NCBI GenBank assembly: GCA_951406725.2
Contig: OX597814.1
Location: 183,954,001-184,018,000 of the forward strand
Origin: Octopus vulgaris
Lineage: Eukaryota
Direction: 5' to 3'
Length of the DNA stretch: 64,000 nucleotides
Shown: in pieces, positions 38,473 to 52,935 of the stretch
Position numbering within the stretch: position 1 is the first letter of the stretch
Layout: each line of letters starts with the position of its first letter
Position numbers and translations under genes: made by a program
The notes under the pieces: generated by a model
Told to the model about the DNA's origin: nothing
The model's input: the letters and a program-made list of their open reading frames with translations, nothing else
Databases searched by the model: none

Positions 38473-39292
38473 TATAGATATATATACATACATATCCATA
38501 TATATACATATATATATATATGTGTATATGTATACACACACATATATATCTTTATCTATATCTATCTATCTGTATATATTTATATATGTATCACTTTCTC
38601 TATCTCGTGTGGTGGTGGTGTGTGTGTACAATCATCCTGGAAGAAAATGGAATCAGAAAATAACGAACAAAATATTAAATAGAGATCCTATGACGTCAAT
38701 TGAAGCTATAAAACGAGAAAGCAATTATTCTAAACATTATTCATTAGGAAGATTATATGAAGCTGTAGCTTTGTAGATGCAATACAAGTGCGCAATTCTT
38801 AGACTCTCAGGCACAGATAGATAAATTCATGCGCACATACACAAACACACACACACTCACACACACTCATACACACGCACATAAATATATCTATTTAGTG
38901 TTAACTGAGATTAATATATTCTAGTGGTCGAGGCAGAATCTAGTTAGCCTGAGTTGCACGTGTGCGTGCACAGGTGGGTTTATGACTCCGTATGTTAACA
39001 CTTTGGCAAAAGAAACCGATAGAAGGACTCGGCTTTAAAAAAAAGGACTGGCGTTGATTCCTTCGACTAAAGTTCCTCTAGGCTGTGCCCCTGCATAATT
39101 GAGGTCAAATGATTGAAACAAGATAAAAGATACAAGATATATGCATGTCTCTTCTGTTTTATTTATTTAAATTCTTCCTCTGAAGAAAGGAGTTGGTTTC
39201 TAACAAAGATACAAAGTTCCATCTTTGGAATGTAAATAATGAAAAGAAATTCCCATTTTAAAATTGAGAAAAGTCTTGCATAGTTTTACTAT

Positions 39293-39528
39293 TCTTATTT
39301 CTTTATTGCCCACACGGGGCTAAACATAGAAGGGACAAACAAAGACAGACAAAGGGATTAAGTCGATTATATCGACCCCAGTGTGTAACTGGTACTTAAT
39401 CTATCGACCCCGAATGGATGAAAGGCAAAGTCAACCTCGGCGGAATTTGAACTCAGAATGTAGCGGCAAACGAAATACTGCGAAGCATTTCACCCAGCGT
39501 GCTAACGTTTCTGCCAGCTCGCCGCCTT
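39293..39528 (-). mobile_element. SINE family B, full length
   Basis: Tail to head match with other copies. Confidence 0.88.
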
Positions 39529-39750
39529 GCATAGTTTTACTCTTCTACATTCAGATTGTATTTGTAATGTGCGAATCAGTTGGTTGATTTCTTTTTCTGA
39601 AAATCCAGACTGACAATTTTGCATTTACTTACAAAACCACGTGTTTCTGTTATCATTAGCACAGATGTAAATTTGTAATCCGGATATAGAAGTTGAAGAT
39701 TTCGAAGCAGTTGTACATAGTTAACTTCTTTCTCTTTGATTTTCTAAGTA

Positions 39751-40156
39751 TACTCTTTACTCTTTTACTTGTTTCAGTCATTTGACTGCGGCCATGCTGG
39801 AGCACCACCTTTAATCGAGCAACTCGACACCGGGACTTATTCTTTTGTAAGCCCAGTACTTATTCTATCGGTCACTTTTGCCGAACCGCTAAGTAACGGT
39901 GACATAAACACGCCAGCATCGGTTGTCAAGCAATGCTAGGGGGACAAACACAGACACACAAACACACACACGCATATATATATACATATATACGACGGGT
40001 TTCTTTCAGTTTCCGTCTACCAAATCCACTCACAAGGCTTTGGTCGGCCCGAGGCTATAGTAGAATACACTTGCCCAAGGTACCACGCAGTGGGAATGAA
40101 CCCGGAACCATGTGGTTGGTAAACAAGCTACTTACCACACAGCCACTCCTGCGCCT
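39751..40156 (-). mobile_element. SINE family A, full length
   Basis: Matches other copies end to end. Confidence 0.92.
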
Positions 40157-40329
40157 ATGTATGTATGTATGTAGATGTATGTATGTAGATGCAAAGAAGT
40201 ACCGGATCTTAATAACTTTTATTAAATATGATATGATATGAAAATTATACATGCTTATAAACGTTTGGTGTGACTTTTCTTTTGTTTGAGACCAAATAAA
40301 CTCAGATCTATAAATTAGATAATGACTAT

Positions 40330-40968
40330 AGACTGAAATACAATCATAACTCTCCACAAAGAAGGCGAAAGTAATACAGCTGTAGCAAAAGAAGCTTAAA
40401 ATTAACTGGACAGCAGTTTGGAAAAATTTCAAGAAATTTTAAGGGACTGATTCCATCACCTATCGATCTGAGAGTGACTGAAAAAGAAATGTGCGGACCG
40501 CTTAGCTTCTCAAAAGTACCAGATAAAAGATACGGCAAAATCCCCGTCGTTCGGTCAGAAAACTAACCGCCACAATAAAAAAAATATGCCGAATATCGAT
40601 GTATCTAGTGCTGAAAGAGGATCTCAGGATCCATCCCTACAAGATGATCCGCCGTCACGAATTCATACAAGTTTATAAGGCCACGAGACTGGAGAGAAGT
40701 CGTCAGATTGTAGAAGGCATGCTGCTCAACCTGGTGTTCACTAATGAAAAGAAATTTGACATCAAACAGACAGTAAACCACCAGAATTAGCGATTTTGGA
40801 GTGTATTTGGCTCCGTCGAGGATACATCGTAATTCGACTTTAAAATCCACAGTCAGATATGGTTTAGGCGGCTGTAACAGCCACTGGAAGCCTCTTTTCG
40901 TCTTTCTGCCCTCGGGTGTTACAGTTAAAACCCAGCGATACATTAGTGACATTCTGGAAGCCATGCTT
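40330..40968 (+). pseudogene. Tc1/mariner-superfamily (maT/DD37D-like) transposase fragment
   Basis: IRQNPRRSVRKL..VLKEDLRIHPYKMIRRH..RLERSRQI..LVFTNEKKFDIKQTVNHQN*RFWS; [33 protein letters not shown]. Confidence 0.8.
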
Positions 40969-41024
40969 AGTATATATATATAAAATATGTATGTATATAT
41001 ATGTGTATGCATGTGTGTGTATAC

Positions 41025-41085
<61 letters not shown>

Positions 41086-42859
41086 CATATATAAATTGTG
41101 TCTAAAGCCAGCTGGAGACGATGATCTCCTGGGGCTAAAAAGCTACAGTAACACCCACCCCTAGTGGTTAGCCATATTGTATGGCTAATATACTTTACGT
41201 TATATATATACGATTTAATGATTAATAAATAAGGAGATGAATACTTAGTTTGGGAGATAGACAAACAGATAGCAAGAAAGAAAGAAAGCGAAACTATAGA
41301 TAAAAAGTAGATAGATAGATAGATATGAAAGGTCTCGACATCTTTAGAATGAACAAATTTATTAAACGTATTTGCTTTTCTGGGTCCTCAAATTTCACCA
41401 CTTGCAGTATATTTTAAGATCTAAATCAAGACTGAAATGTTAATTCTTAATGTAAAACTTATCTATATTTATTAAGGAAGACATTCGAGCAATTTAAATT
41501 TGAAATGTTATGATAATCTTAAAAGAAAATTGTCTATAATATAAAGACATTTACGCTTCAATTAAAAAAAAAGCTAACACTGTTAATTTTAATTTTAATT
41601 TTTTTTTACTGGCGGTGCCCCACCATAGTCAAATCCTTTGGGCAGAAACACACACACAAAAAAAAAATAAGATTGCGAAACGTGCTGACTTTTTCAGTAA
41701 CCATGTTTTACTTTCGATATAACTGATGCAGCTACGTGGTAGACAACTGTTATGCTAAACATGACGTTCTCCATTTTTCAAAATCTCATTGCCTCTAAAT
41801 ATCCACGTAGTTCTGTTACAACCGTACAACCATATCGCACAAGCAACATAATTGGGATAATATCATACACAGGCCCAAGGCCCATATCCTGTTTTAAACA
41901 AACAAATATATCAGTGTGCGGCCTGATAAATTCTCTGAGTTTACATACTCCGTTCTTGCACCTTGTGTTATACAGGTGGTTGACTAGCAGAGGTAATCGA
42001 TTGAAGGAATGTGGAACAAAGAACTTGTGGCGATAGTGTTCTTTTGTTTGTGTATGTGGTGTATGGGAGAATGAGTGCATCTGTGTGTTGGGGGGGGGAA
42101 GTACACGCGTCTGTGTGAGTGTGTGTGTTCGCTGAGTTCAAATTTAGCCGAGGGCAACCTTCACACTGCCAACGTGGATAAATAATGTAGCAGTTAAGTA
42201 CTGATGCCAATTTTTCTCTCACTCAAAATCTGCTACGTTGTACAGTTTGAAGGTTGCGAGAGACCACCCACAGTTTCCTTGTATAAAAAAGCTTCCCATG
42301 CAACATGCTATAAAAATCGTCTATGGAAACCAGCAACGTAGACTAATATATATCTACCATAAACACTTAATATATTATATCCAAAATCTCCTAAGGCCAC
42401 CTAACTATCACTATTCTTCTCCCTCATCATAATCATCATCACCACAAGAAATTCACACATAAATAAACAACGTAAAACCATTATTTTAATCTTGAAAATT
42501 GTCCCAACAGAACATTTCCATACTAAAAGGAATCAATGTTTGTAAACTCCAGCAAATCCATAAACATCATCATATTACAGAACATATATCTGAAAGAAAA
42601 AAAAAGCTTATAAAACGAACGTAAAATGATACAAAATATAAAACTTATTTTTACGTAATTCAAATAAACAAAATGTATGGAAGTGAGGTCAATTTCAAAC
42701 TTAATACACAAAACAGCACACACTATAGAAATAGAAACCACCATCAAACAACTAAAGAAGGAAGAAACAAAGAAATTAGAGGAGAAAACTTGGAAACGAC
42801 AAAACAGTGAAGTACTATATATATATATGTGTATGTGTGTGCGTGTGTGTGTGTGCGTG

Positions 42860-42896
<37 letters not shown>

Positions 42897-43494
42897 CTCC
42901 AAGAAAGTTAGGGGTTGTGTGTCCAACCCACTAAGGGATAATATCTATCCAATATACTGCTGGTAGAATACCCAATTATTAATACACAATTGTTTTTTAT
43001 TGCATTGCAATTACATTACATTGTGTATTAAATGGGTGAAGGTAAAGAGATATTTTACCATTAATTTACATTGCAATTAAGAAAATGGAGGAGAACAATA
43101 GTTGGTTCATCAACTTTAGGACATCAAAAATGTTAACTTATTTATTTATTAACACTGCATATGTCATAATAACATCATAATAACATCAGAGCACAAACTC
43201 CGCTTAACTACAAACATCAAGAAAAGACTGAGATTTTGTCGACAAAACCCATACAAAAATACAAAACAAAAACTCCAAAGGAACGGACAAGACAAATATG
43301 TACATCTTACGTTGTCCACAATGTAGAAAAAGCACTTCTTTTGTCAGTTACTTACAATCTACACTTCTCTTGAAACTAAAACAAACGACAATACATTCCC
43401 ACTTGGACAAAACTTTCGAATAACTTCATCGTTATTCTCTTACAAATTATTCAAAGTTTCTTTCAGAATCAACACAAAAGACTGGTTCCCATAT

Positions 43495-43883
43495 GGATGG
43501 AAGCACTCCGTCGGTTACGACGACGAGGTTTCTGGTTGATCCGAATCAACGGAACAGCCTGCTCGTGAAATTAACGTGTAAGTGGCTGAGCACTCCACAG
43601 ACACGTGTACCCTTAACGTAGTTCTCGGGGATATTCAGCGTGACACAGAGAGTGACAAGGCCGGCCCTTTGAAATACAGGTACAACAGAAACAGGAAGTA
43701 AGAGTGAGAGAAAGTTATGGTGAAAGAGTACAGCAGGGATCACCACCATCCCCTGCCGGAGCCTCGTGGAGCTTTAGGTGTTTTTCGCTCAATAAACACT
43801 CACAACGCCCGGTCTGGGAATCGAAACCGCGATCCTATGACCGCGAGTCCGCTGCCCTAACCACTGGGCCATTGCGCCTCCAC
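43495..43883 (-). mobile_element. SINE family D, full length, with 11-bp TSD
   Basis: Minus head tggaggcgcaatggcccagtggttagggc..ggtttcgattccc; TSD ggttcccatat at 43484-43494 and 43884-43894. Confidence 0.92.
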
Positions 43884-44054
43884 GGTTCCCATATACATAG
43901 AGCGCCAAGGCTAAGTAGTATACAAGGAAAACACCTCTAAATTTTGCAATTTCCCGAATGGATTACTATCCGTTATCACATCCACATATTTTAGTCCGCA
44001 TTAGGCACACGAACTTTCCATCCCACTTATATGTATATGTGCGTGCGTATATGT

Positions 44055-44243
44055 TTGACCCCCCCCCCCAGCATCACTTGACAACCGATGCTGGTGTGTT
44101 TATGTTCCCGTAACTTAGCGGTTCGGGGAAAAAAACTGATAGAATAAGTTCTAGGCTTACAAAGAATAAGCTCTGGGGTCGATTTGCTCGACTATAAAGG
44201 CGGTGCTCAAATGACTGAAGCAAGTAAAAGAGATTAAAAAGAG
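44055..44243 (+). mobile_element. SINE family A, 3' half
   Basis: cagcatcacttgacaaccgatgctggtgtgtt..ggggtcgatttgctcgact..aaatgactgaa. Confidence 0.8.
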
Positions 44244-44692
44244 ATATATCTGTAGATTAACAGGAGCAATGCTCTTTTGTATTAGATCATAACCGTAGTA
44301 CAGATGCAAAGAATACAAATGTAGAATTTTTACTTACATTTCTTTGTGGAGAAATATGCAGATACATCTTGATATAAATATTCTAGCTCATGCGCGCACG
44401 CACATGAAGGCACGCGATCATTCACTCACAAACCTACACGTTTTGACGTATAATAATTTTCATATATTTGTAAACGAGGAGCTATCATTTATAAAATAGT
44501 GAGCTCCCAGTTTTTTATTTTTTTATTAGTTTAAATTATCTGCAATTACGCGCATTTACATGCTTCATGAAAAGAAACATTATTTAGATTTATTAATTAA
44601 TTTTTATCGTGAAAGGCAATGGGAGATTACTCCATAGGCCATATGGAATTTTAAAATCCTTCTCTTCATATATGCGCGTATATGTGTGTGTA

Positions 44693-44750
<58 letters not shown>

Positions 44751-45403
44751 CATGTGTACGTTTGTATGTATGTATTCTGCAAATTCATGTGTTTGTCTGT
44801 GCATGTCTATGTGTTTGTGCGTGTCTGTGTGTGTACGGGCGTATTTGGGTGTGGACCTCTGTCTCCTTGTATGTGCGTGTTTGAGTTTGTCTATGTGTAT
44901 GGTTTATAATTTATTTTTTTGCCATCACACACCCGCTATCTTATCCGCTTCTCTCTAAACGCCCACTGACATCACAAGCTACACATCTTCTCAAAAGTAA
45001 ACTCAAAACACAATCGTGAATATACATGAACGTTGTAGAACATTTATGCATACAATGTAAATTTCTTTTCTCACGAATATTTATTACATGTATCTGTTTG
45101 TATTCTACAAATGCTCTTTCAGCGTCTCTGTCTAGGACTAACTATATTATCTTTGCTGTATAATTATGGTCTTCATTAAAGTCAGTAATTCAATTCCCAT
45201 ATCTTTCTTTCAGCAATTAATTCGGTCACTTGTTTCAACTTCCATTATTAATGCTACATGCATACGTACATAAATACTGCAAACATATATATTCAGACAT
45301 TTAATAATAATAAAAGTTAAACACACGCATGATTTCATGACTTCATTATTATTATTGTTGTTGTTATTATTATTATTCTTATAATTATTTTGTTGTTGTT
45401 GTT

Positions 45404-45436
<33 letters not shown>

Positions 45437-45438
<2 letters not shown>

Positions 45439-45843
45439 TCTCTCTTTTTACTCTTTTACTTGTTTCAGTCATTTGACTGCGGCCATGCTGGAGCACCGCC
45501 TTTAGTCGAGCAAATCGACCCCGGGACTTATTCTTTGTAAGCCCAGTACTTATTCTATCGGTCTCTTTTGCCGAACCGCTAAGTGACGGGGACGTAAACA
45601 CACCAGCATCGGTTGTCAAGCAATGCTAGAGGGACAAACACAGACACACAAACATATACATACACATATATATATATATACGACGGGCTTCTTTCAGTTT
45701 CCATCTACCAAATCCACTCACAAGGCTTTGGTCGGCCCAGGGCTATAGCAAAAGACACTTGCCCAAGATGCCACGCAGTAGGACTGAACCCGCAACCATG
45801 TGGTTGGTAGGCTAGCTACTTACCACACAGCCACTCCTGCGCC
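45437..45843 (-). mobile_element. SINE family A, full length
   Basis: Matches other copies end to end. Confidence 0.92.
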
Positions 45844-45878
45844 TATATAATAATATTATAATATTATTATTATTATTA

Positions 45879-45912
<34 letters not shown>

Positions 45913-45934
45913 CATTATTATTATGTTCATTAAG

Positions 45935-46309
45935 TTAGCGAACTGGAAGAATCGTTAGCATACCGGGCGAAATGCTTAGCGTATTTCGTCCGCCTTCACG
46001 TTCCGAGTTCCAATTTCGCCGAGCTCGACTTCGCCTTTCATCATTTCGGGGTCAATAAATTAAGTACCAGTGAAATACTGGAGTTGATGTAATCGACTTA
46101 TCCCCTTCCCAAAAATGGCTGCCCTTGTGGCAAAATTTGAAGCCATTATTAATGTGCCGAACTGGCAGAATCTTTACCATGCCGAGCAAAATGTGTATTT
46201 CATCTCTTTTTACGTTGAGTTTACTTTGCGTTTCATCCTTTCGGGGTCCATGAAATAATCGACTTATCGTCACTACAAATTTCGGGCCTTGTGCCTACAG
46301 TAGAAAGGA

Positions 46310-46310
<1 letters not shown>
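45935..46310 (+). mobile_element. Two SINE family B copies
   Basis: gcgaactggaagaatcgttagc..gcctttcatcatttcggggtc..aagtaccag; second copy from 46157. Confidence 0.8.
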
Positions 46311-46382
<72 letters not shown>

Positions 46383-46420
46383 TATCATTATTATTATTAT
46401 GGTTGTTGTTGTTGTTGTTG

Positions 46421-46843
46421 ATATTTATGTTTGACTTTTGCTTTACATTTGTACAAGTTTGGCTCTACGTCCTATCCAGAGCCCTCAAGAGACAACAACG
46501 TGGAAGTTCATGTTGGTGTTATGCCTAGGGTGCCATACATTTGGTTTTGTATATAGTGTTGTCCTAGAGAATGTTTAAGAAACCATAAGAAAATTATGTG
46601 TTTGTTTTAAAACTTGAGATTACATAGAATGTATTTTGCGTAGGATATGTGCAGTTCCCATGAGCACTATCTTTTGAATTTCTGTCATTTTGGGGTTTCC
46701 AGGCATCTGACCTAGGTAGCAATCAGCCCCTTTGCTATTATTCCCAGGGCACCTATGACAATAGGTATTGTTTTAGTCTTCAAGTTCCACATTTTTTGCT
46801 AATTTCTATTTCAAGATCTTTATACTTGCTTAGTTTTTGGTAG

Positions 46844-46845
<2 letters not shown>
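46421..46845 (-). mobile_element. 3' end of an R4/Dong-like LINE between trinucleotide tracts
   Basis: QKLSKYKDLEIEISK.WNLKTKTIPIVIGALGII..EIQKIVLMGTAHILRKIHSM*; 3' UTR; (CAA/TAA)n tail. Confidence 0.88.
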
Positions 46846-47029
<184 letters not shown>

Positions 47030-47034
47030 ATTAC

Positions 47035-47610
47035 AAGCTGACACAATCGTTAGCACGCCGGGCGAAATGCTTACTCCCCTCGCACCAAATTTCAGGCCTT
47101 GAGCCTATTGCAGAAATAATTATTATTATGGTTACTATTATTATTACTACTACTACTAACGTGGTGAACTGGCAGGATCGTTACAGTGCCGGACAAAATG
47201 CTTAGCGGCATTTCGTGAATCTGTACGTTCTGAGTTCAAATTCCGCCGAGGCTGACTTTGCCTTTCATCTCTCGGGCTCGATAAAATAAGTTCAAGTTAA
47301 TCACTGGCGCCTTTGTAATCGACGTACCCCCTCTCCCAATATTTCCGGGCTTGTGCTTATAGTAGAAAGGATTATTATTATCATTAATGCAGCAGGCAGA
47401 ATCGTTAGCATGCAGGACGAAATGCTTACGGGTTTTTTGTCTGTCTTCATGTTCGTATTTGTCATTCCGCCAAGATCAACCTTGTCTTTCATCCTTTCAG
47501 TTGAGGAAATAAGAACCGGTTAATCACTGGGCTCAGTGTAAGCTGGTAGTCTCCTTAACTAAAAAGAAAACGAAAAGCATAGGCCTTGTGCCTACTAAGG
47601 AAAGAATCAT
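47035..47610 (+). mobile_element. Cluster of SINE family B fragments
   Basis: ctggcaggatcgtta..gttctgagttcaaattccgccgagg..gcctttcatc..gggcttgtgcttatagtagaaagg. Confidence 0.75.
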
Positions 47611-47664
47611 TGGTTATCGCTTACGTAAGCAGTTAATAAGTTCTCTTCAGCTCAACTGCTTATG

Positions 47665-48077
47665 TATTTCTTTATTGCCAAGGGGCTAAACACTGAGAAG
47701 ACAAACAAGGACAGACAAACGGATTAAGTCGATTATATCGACCCCAGTGCGTAACTGGTACTTATTTAATCGACCCCGAAAGGATGAAAAGCAAAGTCGA
47801 CCTCGGCAGAATTTGGACTCAGAACGTAACGACAGACGAAATACCTATTTCTTTACTACCCACAAGGGGGTAAACACAGAGAGGACAAACAAGAACAGAC
47901 AAACGGATTAAGTCGATTATATCGACCCCAGTGCGTAACTGGTACTTATTTAATCGACCCCGAAAGGATGAAAGGCAAAGTCGACGTCGGCGGAATTTGA
48001 ACTCAGAACGTAACGGCGGACGAAATACGGCTACTCATTTCGCCCGGCACGCTAACGTTTCTGTCAGCTCGCCGCTT
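47665..48077 (-). mobile_element. SINE family B dimer (one head, two ~184-bp bodies)
   Basis: Body repeated with junction gaaatacc|tatttcttt. Confidence 0.9.
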
Positions 48078-49424
48078 TTCAGCTGCTTATAACTTATCAT
48101 ACTTCTGAAAATGTAATTCAATTCTTTACGCTTACTAGTTTCGATTTTCAAATTCAAATTAGAAATATTTATCAAGACAGGAAAGAGGAAAGCATCAGTA
48201 CTTATAATAACGATATTTGATAATAACGCTTCACTAACCTGCTTAAGCAACACCTTTGATCTACGCTTTTTCATGTATCTCAAACGATCTTTTCTTTGTG
48301 AATACAATGGATATAAAATGTCAGTACACTTTTGAAATGTTATCTGAAAAATATTTAATTTTAATTGCTTTACAAACTAAATCGAGCAGATGAAATTACT
48401 CAAAGGCATCATCAACGTGTAAAACAATAGTTGAGTTGGTGTAAACATATGTAAAGCTGTGGGCATCTAAATATTAATTCTCTATAATTATACGGCAAAA
48501 GAAAAGCAACATTCTCTCAACAATCTTCTTCATATATGATGATATTTAAGAGTTGCTGAAGGGGGCTCAAATGAGATTAAAACATGTATAGAGTTGTTTG
48601 CAGTACTTGCCAAAATGATTATTTAGTGAGATAATGATGTCTGTATCTTATCCCGTAATTATCATTTCCAATTGAATTGATCACAATACTACGTTACTAC
48701 GAAGTAGTGATATTCTCTTGATCAATGAATGTCTGAGCCTTCTGTTATGTTCTATACATTTTGTTTTACTATAACTCTCTTGAAAATGCAAATGCAACGT
48801 ATTTTTTGTTTTGTAGCTTAATAAGATCCTAAAAATTATCTAAGAAAATAACGTTAGGGTTGTGCAGTTGACGAAAAAGTATAGATATTTAGCCGCCTTT
48901 TAGGTTATATTGTATATGTGTATGCGTGCGCTCGTATATGTTAATGATATATAGTTCGGTTAAACGCCATCAATGGCACTTGGATAACTCTTATGAACAT
49001 CACAGCTGATAAGACCCTTAATTTGAGAGGATATATGTATGAGGTTACAGCCCTTCCGGTAACAGTATATTTGCTATAGTGTACTGATTGTCAGATTTAA
49101 TAAGTGGTTTCTTGTGTAACAATCTCAGGAAGTTGTTCTATGAGATGGGGCAGAAAAACAATATCACCTTTTTATTCATTTACATTTACTGCTTCGTGAA
49201 CACAGCGTTCCGTGGGGCTCACTTTCAAATATTGACTACCAGATTAGCTGCTTAAGGAGAAATGAGGATTCGAGTTACGGTTGCTCCTCATTCGTAATTC
49301 CGTCTACCCTATCCTGAAGGAAAACTTCGCGAAAGTTTAGAATCAAAGCAAATCTGTTGAATAATTTTCTTCGGCATATGTTAACACCCGTGTTTCGGTG
49401 TCAGCAAATTTCTACCCTTTTGCC

Positions 49425-49720
49425 TGGTACTCCGTCGGTTGCCTCCACGTGCGTTCCATTTGATTCGATAAAATTAACGAGCAAGTGCCAGAGCCCTCCA
49501 CAGACACGCGTGCCCTTCACGGAGTTCTCAAGGAGATTCAGTGTGAGACAGAATGTGGCAATGCCGGCCCTTTGAATTAGATACAACTCATTTTTTTCAG
49601 ACGAGTAGACTGGAGTAACGTGAAATGAAGTGTCTTGCCCAACTACACAGTGCACCACCTGGAATCGAACTCACGACTGTAAGGCTTTGAGCCGAGTACC
49701 CTAACCGCTAAGTCGTGCCT
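49425..49720 (-). mobile_element. Degenerate SINE with C-type head and D-type 3' half
   Basis: ctccgtcggtt..aaattaacg..ctccacagacacg shared with 43495; aacgtgaaatgaagtg shared with 9117. Confidence 0.65.
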
Positions 49721-49969
49721 ACCCATCCACTACTTCCTACTAACATTCATTTATAACCTTCCTCGGTGGTGCCCCAGCATGACTGCATCTTTAAAGCTGA
49801 AACTAGTTTAAAGAGCTAAGGAGTTTATCTGTCGTCCAGGCAAAAATTTTATGCTACAAATTTGTGCCATATAGCGTTGCTAATACATTGCCCACTGACG
49901 TATTATTATTCAGTAATTATTCACATTTCTCCTCGAGCTTACAGCAATAATAACATTCAAATCCCTTTT

Positions 49970-50280
49970 TATTATTGTTCTAAATTCGGCTGCTTTGGCA
50001 CTGCTTCCCGATCTTCTCCGCCTACCAACAGCTAGTGGTTCGACAATCTAATTTTCTGCATTGAATATATCTATCAAAATACAGCGAAACCATTATCCTT
50101 TCCATGGCTCTTGCTCTAATCCTCAACTCTGTAGCTACAAGGTCATTAAATACCTCTACCAGCTCGTATCCGTAGACTAGCTATAGATATTTAGACAGTT
50201 CAAATAAATTTGATCTGATTTTAATATTTAAGGTCTTAGAATATTCAACGACATTTATATATTTTGCACATATACCAGTA
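49970..50280 (-). pseudogene. Possible very degenerate RTE-type LINE RT C-terminal fragment
   Basis: Minus strand reads SKTLNIKIRSNLF..LVYGYE.W, resembling K..LF...VLLYGCE.W; weak. Confidence 0.3.
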
Positions 50281-50345
50281 AAATATCTCTCTCATACAAA
50301 TATATAAATTTGCCTTGGCTTTGTTGTCTCATTTTATTTAACATA

Positions 50346-50394
<49 letters not shown>

Positions 50395-50500
50395 AATTGC
50401 AGCGTAGAAGGCGTTTATAAGCCATTTAAAAACACACAAAAACCGTTAGATTCACTTCAACATTTAAATATAATTTGTCAAAATATTTTCGTCGCTTTGA
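50395..50500 (-). mobile_element. Truncated third copy of the 25280 element (3' half of hammerhead only)
   Basis: gaaggcgtttataagccatttaaa..tttgtcaaaatattttcgtcgctttg. Confidence 0.75.
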
Positions 50501-50615
50501 AACTTATTTTGAAAGAGTTAATTAGGTATCTATTTTCTATATATTAGTTCATTTACTTATTCAGCTATAGATTTATATTTAGTTATATGTTTATGCATTT
50601 ATTATACTAGTGTAC

Positions 50616-50829
50616 CCTTTACTCTCTTTTACTTGTTTCAGTCATTTGACTGTTGCGATGCTAGAACACCGCCTTTTAGTCGAGCAAATCGACCGCAGGA
50701 CTTATTCTTTGTAAGCCTAGTACTTATTCTATCGGCCTCTTTTGCCGAACCGCTAAGTTACGGGAACTATACACATCAGCATCGGTCGTCAAGCGATGTT
50801 GGGGGGACAAACACAGAGACAAACATACA

Positions 50830-50905
<76 letters not shown>

Positions 50906-51058
50906 CATATATACGACAGGATTCTTTCAGTTTCCGTCTACCAAATCCACTCACAAGGCTTTGGTCGGCCCGAGGCTATAACAGAAGACACTTGCCCAAG
51001 GTGCCGCGCAGTGGGACTGAACCCAGAACCATGTGGTTGGTAAGCAAGCTACTTACCA
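50616..51058 (-). mobile_element. SINE family A, head truncated
   Basis: Matches other copies to gctacttacca. Confidence 0.9.
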
Positions 51059-52294
51059 TGTAAATTTTTGAATATATATACGAAGGATTTCTAGGTATGA
51101 ATGCGTTCATTTTACATTCAACGATGTGCTGTAATTATTTTTTCTTTGCTGAATACTTTGACGTTATATTTCCTGAAGAAAAACAACGTACAAAGAGAGC
51201 ATCACTAAGGAACAAAAAGACACGAGTGTAGAACGAAATAACTTGATGAATTTTATTTTATTGAATCACATTCTTCAGGAATGGTGAAATATATGGGAAT
51301 ATCAATAAACGAATAAAGTTTCTGAAGTTTACATATAGCTTCCATTTCTCTTGAAACATGTTGCAGAGATTTATGAAATATTTTGTCACTAGAGTTTCCC
51401 AATATCTATACCGTTGCCGCTGTCACTATAAAGAAGAGCAAGATTAACAGCGATGAGGACAATAACGAACACGTCAATCTCTTCTGGTTCCTATTAATTT
51501 GAAGGTTTTCAAACAGATGTCTTGCGATGCGCGATTCTATGAGACTAGCTGTGTTTACTACTGAGACTCAGTTTCTAACCCCCTTTTATAATTAGTAGCA
51601 GCAACGCTATTATTTGGTTGAGGACCACATTAGACTAGAAATAACCAAATAAACACTGACGTTATCAAAACCGCTAAACCACCCCTCCAGAAAAATGTAG
51701 CAAAAACAAAAGAAAAATAAGGAAATATCGGAAGAGAACCAACGACGACAGCAGAACAAATAACAAATCCGGAGTGTTTAAGAGATTTTCTTACAGCTTA
51801 TTTTATCCGTCTGCTCTTAGTTTATTTTCAACCAATGGCCGTTAAATATTTACGCGTAGATGAACTAGGAACATTCCATTGCGTTCATGATCTTTTTCGT
51901 CGACATTTTATCCTCTTGTCTTGCTGTTGTTCTCTGTTGGTAAAAACTGTCGTCTGTAATCTATTCCAGATTGTTTTACTTGAATGGTTTTATCTGGAAT
52001 ATAAACTCGGAAAGAATGTAGGGTATGTTAGATGACAAAAACAAACCTGGGTGTTGAGAGACTTTGGGAGGAGAAAGAAAAAAAATTGCCAGATTTTTCT
52101 TATAACGATAAAATGTAGAGCAGACAATGATCTTTGCCTAAAGCAGCGTTGGGACTTGACAATGTTCATGAAGCATGTGTATGTTTACTCAAACAAACAT
52201 AGGAAATATATAGAAACTGATTTTCAGAACTATAACAAACACGCACATATGTATATGGGCTCTTTCTCGTTCTCTCTCTCTTTCTCCATCTCTC

Positions 52295-52410
<116 letters not shown>

Positions 52411-52508
52411 TGGTGGTATATGCGTGGTGTCAACGCTTTCCGCTTATTTTTTTTCTCAATTCTCAAACTGCCTCATAAACACAAATACACTCACACACAA
52501 ACAAGCAC

Positions 52509-52817
52509 GTGTATGTATGTATGTATGTATGTATGTATGTACGTATGTATGTATGTATGTATGTATGTATGTATGTATGTATGTATGTATGTATGAATGT
52601 ATGTATGTATGTATGTATGTATGTATGTATGAATGTATGTATGTATATTATGTTATGTATGTATGTATGTATATATGTATGTATGTATGTATGTTATGTT
52701 GTGTATGTATGTATGTATGTATGTATGTATGGATGCATGTATGTACGTATGTATGTATGTATGTATGTATTGTATGTATGTTTGTATGTATGTATGCATG
52801 CATGCATGCATGCATGC

Positions 52818-52850
<33 letters not shown>

Positions 52851-52935
52851 TGTATGTATGTATGTATGTATGTATGTATGTATGTATGCATGTATGTTTG
52901 TATATATGTATGTATTATGTATGTACGTATGTCTT
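52509..52935. repeat. Long degenerate (TATG)n microsatellite
   Basis: Direct reading. Confidence 0.95.

Noticed and set aside
41752-42222. Overlapping 84-100 aa ORFs as a host gene
   Set aside because: No recognisable domain or splice context; lengths are compatible with chance.
43300-43350. LRCPQCRKS as a Merlin/IS1016-like zinc ribbon
   Set aside because: An isolated short motif with no supporting DDE segments that I could read.
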